Shown here: piece by piece, positions 15,654 to 22,585 of the stretch
Layout: each line of letters opens with the position of its first letter
How positions within the stretch are numbered: the first letter of the stretch is position 1
From: a virus
Lineage: Duplodnaviria > Caudoviricetes
Strand: one strand, 5' to 3'
DNA length: 24,513 nt
IMG/VR virus record: IMGVR_UViG_3300027491_000200
Coordinates: 1-24,513 of that record
Position numbers and translations under genes: made by a program
The notes under the pieces: model-generated
The model's database searches: none
What the model saw: the letters and a program-made list of their open reading frames with translations, nothing else
What the model was told of the DNA's origin: nothing

Positions 15654-16746
15654 AGTTGCGGATTGCGATGACATAGGGAAAGCGCGGAACACCATCGGGC
15701 GTCAGGTTGAAGAACTGTACAGTAGCTTTCTGACCGATGACGCGCTCGCGATCATTCCATAGTTCAGCAAGGAACTCATGGCTACCCTTGATGTTCGAGC
15801 GAAACAGACTACCGTCTTTGTTCTCAAGGATCGCAAATCCAGCCATACCGGTACGGTTGCCTTCGCCCTCGCCGATTTCATTGATCTGATACTCTGCGTC
15901 CTGAAACTCCTTGCGCTTGAGCAGATTCTTCGAGCGCTTCTGCTCGTACGGAGCATCTACGCGAACCATCTGGCCTTCATAGCCATCCTCAATATAACTG
16001 CCGTAGATATGATCGAGCTCTTTCTCGTGCACTACCTCTACAGTCATAACCAGCCGAATTTGCTTATTCCGATCACCGAAAGGTAGATTTGCTTCAAGCC
16101 AGCGGTAGCGTTCTGAGAACGTTATTCCAGTATCTACTATATCGTAGACATGGTATTCGATTGCTCGTGCTGATTCCTTGAGGTCAGCTTCGGTAGGCTT
16201 TTGCTTCTTGACGAGCGAGCAGATCTTGTTGAAGTCATTAGCAAGCTTGTCAGCATACAGCTCACCATCCAGAATAACATCCGGATGCTTGTCAAAGAAT
16301 GACTGCAGCGATGCGTGAATATGTGGAGCAGAAACGATCTTCTTGCCGTTACGGCTGAACATACCTTGAGGAGTGCAGATGCATCGAATACCATCAAGCT
16401 TCGGCTGACTCCAGATAGGAAAGACGATCTCGTCCTTACGATCCTCGTACTTCTGAGCAAGCATCGGCTCAATGAAAGGCGGCTTGTCAATATCAGCGAC
16501 ATCCTCGTAGTAACCGCGCTCAGTGCGCTTCTTCCAGACAGCACGGGCTTCGAACTCTGCTTGCGCAGCACCATCACGCTCGTTAGAACGCCCGACGTTA
16601 GTGGGCTTAGCTATTGTCCACTCTGTTGTCTGCTTCTTGCCATCCGTTTGGCCATAAGTCGTGCGGTACTTGTCACCGTTGATCTCAATGGTCCATTCCT
16701 GCACTGCACCAGTTGAGGTGCGAGAATACAAAGTGGGTAGTTTCAT
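15646..16746 (-). CDS. lig: ATP-dependent DNA ligase (compact type)
   Basis: PMLA, motif I QPKLDGIR, LDGELY, YHVYD, motif IV EGQMVR, motif V LLKRK, OB-fold PRFP. Confidence 0.95.
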   Translation of the reverse strand: MKLPTLYSRTSTGAVQEWTIEINGDKYRTTYGQTDGKKQTTEWTIAKPTNVGRSNERDGAAQAEFEARAVWKKRTERGYYEDVADIDKPPFIEPMLAQKYEDRKDEIVFPIWSQPKLDGIRCICTPQGMFSRNGKKIVSAPHIHASLQSFFDKHPDVILDGELYADKLANDFNKICSLVKKQKPTEADLKESARAIEYHVYDIVDTGITFSERYRWLEANLPFGDRNKQIRLVMTVEVVHEKELDHIYGSYIEDGYEGQMVRVDAPYEQKRSKNLLKRKEFQDAEYQINEIGEGEGNRTGMAGFAILENKDGSLFRSNIKGSHEFLAELWNDRERVIGQKATVQFFNLTPDGVPRFPYVIAIRNYE

Positions 16747-16976
16747 TACTTAGAAGAAAAAGAAAAACGATTGCAAAAGAAAGTAGAAAGCATCATTAGT
16801 TTCCATGCAGTCCACCAGTCAATAGGTGAGATCTTAAACAGATCGGGCATAGTACTATTCCATAGCAACATTACGGGCAACGCAAGAATTAAGCTTACGA
16901 AGAAAACAGCAGCGAGTGCAGTAAGAATAATACCGATCTTATCAAAGATCGAACCTGTGGGCATCTTATCTTCCAT
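16746..16976 (-). CDS. small membrane protein
   Basis: Hydrophobic; PVMLLWN..MP.LF....I.WW.A pattern. Confidence 0.7.
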   Translation of the reverse strand: MEDKMPTGSIFDKIGIILTALAAVFFVSLILALPVMLLWNSTMPDLFKISPIDWWTAWKLMMLSTFFCNRFSFSSK

Positions 16977-17199
16977 ACATTTCCTTAGTTACTTGCGCCT
17001 TTTCATCAGGCGTGAGAGTATTAAAATGAGAAATCTCACTATAGTCAATCTCAAAAGAGTCCTCGAGATAGTCGCCATCAAGAGGTAAAGGCGCTTCCAT
17101 TGTCGCATCAATTGCATCCTCGAGATTCTCTGCTTGCACTCGAACATAACCCGTCATCGTCCAGATAACAGGAATGGAGAACGTTCGCTTGGTAGACAT
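16966..17199 (-). CDS. hypothetical protein (77 aa)
   Basis: IPV.W.M.G.V.V.AE.LE.AI ... LP.DG.YLEDSFEID pattern; packed ORF. Confidence 0.7.
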   Translation of the reverse strand: MSTKRTFSIPVIWTMTGYVRVQAENLEDAIDATMEAPLPLDGDYLEDSFEIDYSEISHFNTLTPDEKAQVTKEMYGR

Positions 17200-17204
17200 G
17201 GCGA

Positions 17205-17660
17205 TTACTTCGCGCTGCGGTTGAAGGTATGAACCACCTCGCCGTTCCGGTAGCAGTAACCGACGCCATCGCGCTCGACATAGACAGTACCGGTGTTGTC
17301 ACCAGAGGTCTTAGGCTCGATAGTGACGAAGTCACCATCAGCGTCAATGATCTTCTTACCTTGCCAAGTACGGTCAGACTTCGTCTTCTTGGTCTTCTTG
17401 ACTTCCTTTTCGATCTTCTTGGCGAGCGAAAGAACAGCAGGCTTGGTGGTCACCTTACCGGTGAGATCAGGACGCAGAGATGCGTAGTTGTAAAGGCCCT
17501 TGCGAACCTTGAACTCGTCAGCGATCAGATCCTTGTACTGAGGAGTACCGTAGCCAAGCTTGGCGGCAACATCATGCAGCGTCTTGCGCTTGAACTCGAA
17601 GTGATTCGGAAACTGAGCTTGCAGTTCATTCCAGACCTTAGTAGCAGTAGCATTCATCAT
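17205..17660 (-). CDS. hypothetical early protein, basic, possibly DNA-binding
   Basis: ORF with leaderless promoter (TAAGAT 17672-17667, predicted +1 = 17660) and box at 17711; Lys-rich linker. Confidence 0.75.
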   Translation of the reverse strand: MMNATATKVWNELQAQFPNHFEFKRKTLHDVAAKLGYGTPQYKDLIADEFKVRKGLYNYASLRPDLTGKVTTKPAVLSLAKKIEKEVKKTKKTKSDRTWQGKKIIDADGDFVTIEPKTSGDNTGTVYVERDGVGYCYRNGEVVHTFNRSAK

Positions 17661-17724
17661 GTAGAAATCTTAACAGGTTTTTAGATAAAAAGATAGGAGA
17701 GAAAATCGCGTAAGTCGTTGGTGC

Positions 17725-17880
17725 TCAGTAGCGCCCGCAGGTAATAATCTCGACATCCTCGCCGTACGCGGCGTAGATATCAGCACGAGCGGCGTCCAGA
17801 CTGATTGCCTTGAAGTCGAGCGAAATCGGACCATTTCCACCACGAATCAAGAACCAGTAGTTGTGGTATTCAAGTTTCAT
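17725..17880 (-). CDS. small hypothetical early protein (51 aa, not in ORF track)
   Basis: MKLEYHNYWFLIRGGNGPISLDFKAISLDAARADIYAAYGEDVEIITCGRY; own promoter (TAGAAT 17895-17890) and stop inside the box at 17725. Confidence 0.7.
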   Translation of the reverse strand: MKLEYHNYWFLIRGGNGPISLDFKAISLDAARADIYAAYGEDVEIITCGRY

Positions 17881-17987
17881 TCTGCAGATATTCTACACTA
17901 TTTCCAGCAATTTGTATAGGCTTTTGATAGCCTTTATCTTGCTGAGCACCAACGGGTTACAACACGGGCTAAGTCACTGACTAGCAA

Positions 17988-18227
17988 TTACTTACGAACC
18001 TCGGGCAAAAGCTTGCTAAGTGCGTCAATGAACCCACGCCACTCCTTGTACTCCGCCTGAGTAAGGTGTAGGTTATTGATCTTCCACTTCATTTGATCCA
18101 ATACCTGAGTAGCTGCGTAGATCTGATCGGGAGAAATCGAGTCTACGCCCATCTTGAGTCGCGTCGCAGCGATTGCACGTTGCTGGGCGTAGTGGTTGTC
18201 GTAGCCGTAAGAGGATGATGATCCCAT
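17988..18227 (-). CDS. hypothetical protein (79 aa)
   Basis: ORF bounded on both sides by palindromic boxes (17970-17994, 18227-18251). Confidence 0.65.
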   Translation of the reverse strand: MGSSSSYGYDNHYAQQRAIAATRLKMGVDSISPDQIYAATQVLDQMKWKINNLHLTQAEYKEWRGFIDALSKLLPEVRK

Positions 18228-18248
18228 AAGATATTGATTAGCAATGAC

Positions 18249-18824
18249 TTACGAATTATCTAAGTCGTTGATCTTCAGCAGGATATCAGCAATCAAATCT
18301 GAGTCAAGATGACGATCCTGCTTAGCGCTAAAAAATTCTGGCACTTTGATGTAGTTGACTTCCACGTCATCCGTCAGTTGCTGCATCCAGCGAACCTTGA
18401 TGCGGTTTTCATGGCGCGGCAGATTATCGATCAGATATAACTTAGCGCTTGTTGGATCGGTAATACCCAAATCTGGCACGAGGCCGCGCTCCAATTTTGC
18501 TCGGGCATAAATGTCGGTATGAGCAAAGCCTAACTCATGAGTTCGATTATTAGCTTGAGCATAGTCTTCAACAGAGGACGTCAAAACCATTACTTTACTG
18601 TTCGGAATAGCGCGCAATGCTGCCAACAGATCGTGCGCGCCTGGGCGTAAGCAAGAACCATAAAACTCATAGTCTAAAATTTCTCCGTCTTGGTAATTGA
18701 TGAGTTTAACTAACTTCTCGCCGTTATTCATAATAGCCCTCATCGCTTTAGTAGGTTTAACTCCTAAGAAGCGCGAATGAAACAATGTCTCGTCAAGATC
18801 TACAAAGATGTACTTAGTTATCAT
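18249..18824 (-). CDS. HAD-superfamily (FCP1/NIF-like) phosphatase
   Basis: FVDLDETLFHS (DxDxT), LRPGA, VLTSS...YA, LIDN; ATG 18824 is adjacent to the predicted +1. Confidence 0.8.
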   Translation of the reverse strand: MITKYIFVDLDETLFHSRFLGVKPTKAMRAIMNNGEKLVKLINYQDGEILDYEFYGSCLRPGAHDLLAALRAIPNSKVMVLTSSVEDYAQANNRTHELGFAHTDIYARAKLERGLVPDLGITDPTSAKLYLIDNLPRHENRIKVRWMQQLTDDVEVNYIKVPEFFSAKQDRHLDSDLIADILLKINDLDNS

Positions 18825-18831
18825 GGAATCC

Positions 18832-18860
18832 ATTCTATGCTGTTGTCTTCAAAAGTAAAC
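18832..18860 (-). promoter_or_regulatory. T4 early-type promoter
   Basis: GTTTAC (18860-18855)-17-TAGAAT (18837-18832). Confidence 0.75.
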
Positions 18861-18886
18861 AAAAAAAGGCGACCGAAGTCGCCTTT
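18861..18886 (-). terminator. rho-independent terminator with UUCG tetraloop
   Basis: AAAGGCGAC-TTCG-GTCGCC-TTTTTTT on the minus strand. Confidence 0.9.
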
Positions 18887-18905
18887 GTTACGAATTATTT
18901 AGCTA

Positions 18906-19013
18906 TTAGCGCTTCAGCAATTTGTCAATCAAATGCTTGAAGAAGTCAGGCTGAGGAAGGAAATTCCATCCTACGACCAGACCGAGCGCGAATGCGATGA
19001 TGAAGGTAAACAT
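18906..19013 (-). CDS. small membrane peptide (35 aa)
   Basis: MFTFIIAFALGLVVGWNFLPQPDFFKHLIDKLLKR from ATG 19013. Confidence 0.65.
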   Translation of the reverse strand: MFTFIIAFALGLVVGWNFLPQPDFFKHLIDKLLKR

Positions 19014-19017
19014 ATGT

Positions 19018-19692
19018 TTAGAATCTGATTGTTGTACCTGCACGCCAGCCAGCCGTCCACTCCTTTTGAATACCATCACGGAGAACATAAATTCCCGCAG
19101 TGGCAATCTTCCAAGTAACGTCAAACGAGCCGCCGTAGTAGGCATTAGTGTACTTAATTTCCTTTAGTGTGCGAGGAAGTGCATCATTGACATCGGTGTA
19201 ACCTGCCGATAGCGCGGTTGTGCTCTTGATTCCCAAGAAGAGAGGTAGAGTCTTTGAGACCTTGCCCTCGATGTTTGTGGTTTGGGCCTCAAGATCTGCG
19301 GTTGCAGTGACAGCCATCCATGAGTTGCCGACGGCAATAAAAGGACGCCAGTGATTCATTCGATCCTTAGGATCGGCTTCGAACTTCGTGACGTACTTCG
19401 TGCCAAGCTCGATGTTTGCAAATGTAGAGAAGAACGAATATCCGCCCACTAGATCGGCCTGATAAAGGCCAGAATCCTTGAGCGAAACATTGTTCTGCAT
19501 TACTGCGGCGGCGCGGAAGCTCTGCCAAGTAAATTCTGCATTTGCCACATATGCACCCTGACGACTTGAAACGCGACCAAAGGTGATATCCTTCTCGCGG
19601 TAACCGACGGTCAGCGTACCGTAATTAGCAGGTGCCAAAGCCGCCTGAGAAATGGCGGCAGTGGCGAGGAATAGCGCGATGAGCTTATTCAT
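19018..19692 (-). CDS. putative outer-membrane beta-barrel protein
   Basis: Signal peptide, amphipathic beta strands, C-terminal aromatic beta-signal (AGWRAGTTIRF). Confidence 0.7.
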   Translation of the reverse strand: MNKLIALFLATAAISQAALAPANYGTLTVGYREKDITFGRVSSRQGAYVANAEFTWQSFRAAAVMQNNVSLKDSGLYQADLVGGYSFFSTFANIELGTKYVTKFEADPKDRMNHWRPFIAVGNSWMAVTATADLEAQTTNIEGKVSKTLPLFLGIKSTTALSAGYTDVNDALPRTLKEIKYTNAYYGGSFDVTWKIATAGIYVLRDGIQKEWTAGWRAGTTIRF

Positions 19693-21203
19693 TATTGAGC
19701 TGGATTAGTGACCGTGCCAGTCGTGGTAACAACTGGAGCAACACTGTTCAGGTTAGTAACGAGACTGAGTTTGCTCAGATCAACGGCACCAGAACCAGCA
19801 TTGATTGTCAGGCCGTTGGCGATATTGCCACCCAGGAAGGTGACAGCGCCAAGGGAATCAAGTGACAGCTTTGTGGCAGTCAAAGCAAACGTGTTAGGAG
19901 TCTGGAAGAAACCTTCCTTCGTCTTGAGGACGAGTTCCTTGACGTTTACACCATTGAGGTTGATGGTGGCATTCTCATAAACGGTTGCATTGCCAGTGGC
20001 TGAAACCGACAGAGGGCCAAAACTATGGTTAGCCTTGGTGATTGCAACATCGCCAGCGGTGGCGGTGAATGCCGCGCGGTCATATACGAACACGCCATCA
20101 ACTGAGTCAACCACACGAGATCCGGTGAAGGATGCGCTGCCGCCTAGACTGACCTTACCCAGAGTCAGAGTTTGAGCAGCAGTGAACGAGTTATTCGCAG
20201 CGTTACCACGAACATTGTCCAGAGTGAGGAATCCAGGAGCAGTCACTGTCATACCGTCGATAGCAGATCCTGAGAAGTTAGCGGTGACAGGACCAGAGTC
20301 AAATGCCACGCTGACATTCTTTCCATTAGCAGTAACAGTTGGGATAGCAACTGCACCTACACTGATGTTACCGCTGACGGTATCGAGATTCAGCGTCTTG
20401 CCGAGAACTCGTGAGCCTGCTGCATTACCGATGTTACCAGAGGTAGACGCAACCGAGATATTTCCGTTGGTTCCAACGATACCAACCGGCACACCTAGAT
20501 TGGTGTTACCTGTAGGATTGGTGATGGAAAGGTTACCAGAAATCCAGGTTGTGAAGGCAGGAGCACCGATGTCTACAGCGCCGTCGGCCTTGAGCGTCAT
20601 ATCTCCACCAGTAAGAACTCCACCGATAGTGATATCCTTGGCGAGGATTGTGATGTTAGATGTTGCGATGATTGCACCATTTTGAGCAACGACATTGCCA
20701 GAAGCAGTGCGCTGGCCGCCTACTTCTGAAGGAATGACGCCATCAGCTGCGTACTTGAACTGTGCGGCGAATGGATTGTCCACTGCGCTGGCCACAAATG
20801 CATTTGTGTCGATGCGAGCTGTGCCGCCGATCACAATGCCATTTGGATTCAGTACGTAAACCTTGCCGTTGGATTCAAGTGTACCATTGATCGTGGTCTG
20901 GTTGAGTCCGCTGACGATATTCAGCACAGAGGCCGAAGATCCTGGCAGGTTGTACTTGATGGTGTCAGCAACTGCGATCTGGTCAGTGCCAGATCCGAAG
21001 TTGTTCCAGTTCAGAATTGCGCGGTCTGGCGCATTGAACGTCAACGTCGATCCCAATTGGTCGAACGTCACTCCAGTGCTTGTCTGGAGGTTAGTAGCAC
21101 CAGTGCTTGGAAGCGCTGCTGCTGAAGCTGCAAAAAAGAAGAAAAGAATGCTGATAAGCAATCCGTTCTTCAGGTTGTTTTGGTTATGTGTGTTATTACG
21201 CAT
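19692..21203 (-). CDS. filamentous haemagglutinin N-terminal (TPS) domain beta-helix protein
   Basis: Signal peptide ending AAA-LP; AILNWNNF, VLNIVSG...T.INGTLESNGKVYVLNPNGIVIG (NPNG motif); Gly/Thr/Asn beta-helix repeats; ATG 21203. Confidence 0.9.
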   Translation of the reverse strand: MRNNTHNQNNLKNGLLISILFFFFAASAAALPSTGATNLQTSTGVTFDQLGSTLTFNAPDRAILNWNNFGSGTDQIAVADTIKYNLPGSSASVLNIVSGLNQTTINGTLESNGKVYVLNPNGIVIGGTARIDTNAFVASAVDNPFAAQFKYAADGVIPSEVGGQRTASGNVVAQNGAIIATSNITILAKDITIGGVLTGGDMTLKADGAVDIGAPAFTTWISGNLSITNPTGNTNLGVPVGIVGTNGNISVASTSGNIGNAAGSRVLGKTLNLDTVSGNISVGAVAIPTVTANGKNVSVAFDSGPVTANFSGSAIDGMTVTAPGFLTLDNVRGNAANNSFTAAQTLTLGKVSLGGSASFTGSRVVDSVDGVFVYDRAAFTATAGDVAITKANHSFGPLSVSATGNATVYENATINLNGVNVKELVLKTKEGFFQTPNTFALTATKLSLDSLGAVTFLGGNIANGLTINAGSGAVDLSKLSLVTNLNSVAPVVTTTGTVTNPAQ

Positions 21204-21211
21204 AGGGAAAC

Positions 21212-21219
21212 TATTTATT
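21212..21219 (-). promoter_or_regulatory. late promoter variant AATAAATA
   Basis: One mismatch from TATAAATA, 8 nt before ATG 21203. Confidence 0.55.
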
Positions 21220-21231
21220 GTCGTAAAGTAA

Positions 21232-21364
21232 GGTCTTTGTGAACTTTCATAGCCTCGTATATCTAGCAACCGCGGTTGCTTGCACCGCCAGCAGGTTTGC
21301 GACTGGCGCGAGGTTCAGACCATCAGAAAGCTTCCCATAGTTAACTATAGGCGCAGTATCTGCT
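21232..21364 (-). ncRNA. candidate structured RNA D (pseudoknotted)
   Basis: Pairings 21242-21248/21326-21332, 21253-21257/21309-21313 and crossing 21232-21236/21317-21321; hairpins at 21265-21280 and 21286-21308. Strand inferred from the flanking tRNAs. Confidence 0.5.
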
Positions 21365-21366
21365 AC

Positions 21367-21594
21367 TTTTCTTAGACCACTGCTCATCGATGTTGTCCTG
21401 GGCTCTGCTAGGCATTACTGCCACCGGATGAGACCATTCTAGATAACAGCGGGTCTTAACATCCGGGCTTCGACATACCATCCGTCGCAATTAGCCACTC
21501 GGTGTCATAGCTGTCCTGCTATTCTGACATTGCTGGCTTCGATGAATACGACCACTAACGGCGCGTTCGCCGATTGGATTGTGGTCTAAGAAAA
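21367..21594 (-). ncRNA. candidate structured RNA C (~228 nt)
   Basis: Perfect 14-bp terminal inverted repeat ttttcttagaccac/gtggtctaagaaaa; nested stems catcga/tcgatg, ccggatg/catccgg, agacc/ggtct, agcca/tggct, tgtca/tgaca, atagc/gctat. Confidence 0.65.
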
Positions 21595-21595
21595 T

Positions 21596-21670
21596 TGGGT
21601 GCAGAGAAGGGAATCGAACCCCTGACCTCTTGGTTATGAGCCAAGCGAGCTGCCACTGCTCCACACTGCA
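21596..21670 (-). tRNA. tRNA-Met(CAT), initiator-like
   Basis: TGCAGTGTGGAGCAGTGGCAGCTCGCTTGGCTCATAACCAAGAGGTCAGGGGTTCGATTCCCTTCTCTGCACCCA; fMet-like D arm; encoded CCA. Confidence 0.9.
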
Positions 21671-21692
21671 ATAAATTGAAAAGAACAAAAAA

Positions 21693-22074
21693 GAGGCGCC
21701 ACGCTGGCGGATATCTTTAACCGCAACGAGATTTATTTATCTATCAGCAAGATATGTGCTGAAAGATCTTTGTCCTCGTGTTTATTCACACAGCGCGTTT
21801 GCTTTAATCCGGGATCCGGCGGAACTGTGGCGTGGCAAGTCGCAGATGCACTTTGCGCTACGCACTGATGCATCTGCCGCACTAGGCCTATACTTCTGTT
21901 TAGACTCGCCTAGTCGAGTATGATGAAAGAGTACCCTCTCGCAGTAGCGTTGTCGTGTAGTGCCAGCCGATGTCTATTTCATCATTACCAGCATTTATTC
22001 CCTACCGAACATCCGTGCAGACAATAGATTAGTGAATGCTGCTAAGGGAGAGGGTTTCAAGGAGATCAAGCCTC
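21693..22074 (-). ncRNA. candidate large structured RNA B (~380 nt, pseudoknotted)
   Basis: Closing gaggc/gcctc followed by a T-tract; stems 21698-704/21830-836, 21842-850/21869-877, 21881-887/21908-914, 21920-928/21977-985, 21989-995/22035-041; 8-bp crossing pair 21933-940/22048-055. Confidence 0.7.
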
Positions 22075-22086
22075 GAAAGTAAAAAT

Positions 22087-22332
22087 TGGGAGGACTAATG
22101 ATTACCTCCATCCGGGGAACTTGCCTTCAGTTATTCAGTCAGATGGTGCCGTCGCACCGTAACGAGTCGCCATATCATTATGGTTCATGCTTACAACCCG
22201 TACCTCTGGTAGCTTCGGTTGGCCAACCTAGGCCTCAGCGTAGTACCTTACTTACTTACAAGTCCCGGAACTAACTGCAGTTCTTCACTGCGGTTATACG
22301 TTAACCCTAAGGAAAAGGTTTATTCCGTCACA
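22087..22332 (-). ncRNA. candidate structured RNA A ending in CCA
   Basis: Long-range stem tccggg..acttg (22111-22123) with caagt-cccgga (22259-22269); several hairpins; 3' hairpin GGAGG..CCTCC then CA; immediately downstream of the promoter at 22363-22391. Confidence 0.55.
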
Positions 22333-22362
22333 AAAGTGTAAAATGTCAATCGAACAGCATAG

Positions 22363-22391
22363 ATCATACATTGATTCTTGCGTCTGTAAAC
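22363..22391 (-). promoter_or_regulatory. T4 early-type promoter driving the ncRNA/tRNA-Met block
   Basis: GTTTAC (22391-22386)-17-TATGAT (22368-22363) with TG extension and a T-rich upstream element. Confidence 0.8.
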
Positions 22392-22424
22392 AAAAAAATG
22401 GAATTTTTTGGATAAATAGCTCAA

Positions 22425-22583
22425 ATGCTATTCAGCGGCTACATCATCCGACTTGCGAGCGATGGCTCAATCTTCTTCGACGACGAAATTAGCCCAGAGT
22501 TGTTGCGCGTTGAAAACGGCGACAAGTTTGAAGTAATTCTTGTTGAAGGAGTGGTTTGCCTTCACAAGCTACCAAAACAATAA
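22425..22583 (+). CDS. AbrB/MazE-like small protein (52 aa, not in ORF track)
   Basis: MLFSGYIIRLASDGSIFFDDEISPELLRVENGDKFEVILVEGVVCLHKLPKQ; swapped-hairpin pattern (DG.I......L.V.NGD.F.V....G.V.L.K); GATAAATA (22411-22418) 6 nt upstream. Confidence 0.65.
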   Translation: MLFSGYIIRLASDGSIFFDDEISPELLRVENGDKFEVILVEGVVCLHKLPKQ

Positions 22584-22585
22584 AG

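Noticed and set aside
19018-19692. Calling the barrel a TpsB/FhaC transporter
   Set aside because: Only 224 aa, with no room for POTRA domains and no VRGY/F motif.
973-21231. Numerous antisense or alternative-frame ORFs in the track (e.g. 1328-1630, 8900-9406, 16137-16577, 17229-17684, 20182-20685)
   Set aside because: They are shadows of well-supported genes, with no motifs or promoters of their own.
21204-21269. N-terminal extension of the FHA-like ORF to 21269
   Set aside because: TTG start inside structured RNA D and upstream of the late promoter; ATG 21203 gives a proper signal peptide.
21241-21332. Hammerhead ribozyme (CTGATG...GAAA on the minus strand)
   Set aside because: The core is CTGATGG rather than CTGANGA, there is no stem I or NUH site, and GAAA is paired in a helix.
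21693-22074. RNase P RNA or group I intron
   Set aside because: The size fits, but I find no GAGGAAAGTCC / ACAGAA..CGGCTTA RNase P motifs, no group I P7 R/S motifs and no interrupted host gene; an Rfam search is still needed.
22087-22160. Additional tRNA suggested by the terminal CCA
   Set aside because: No TTCRA T-loop or cloverleaf; kept only as a non-tRNA structured RNA candidate.
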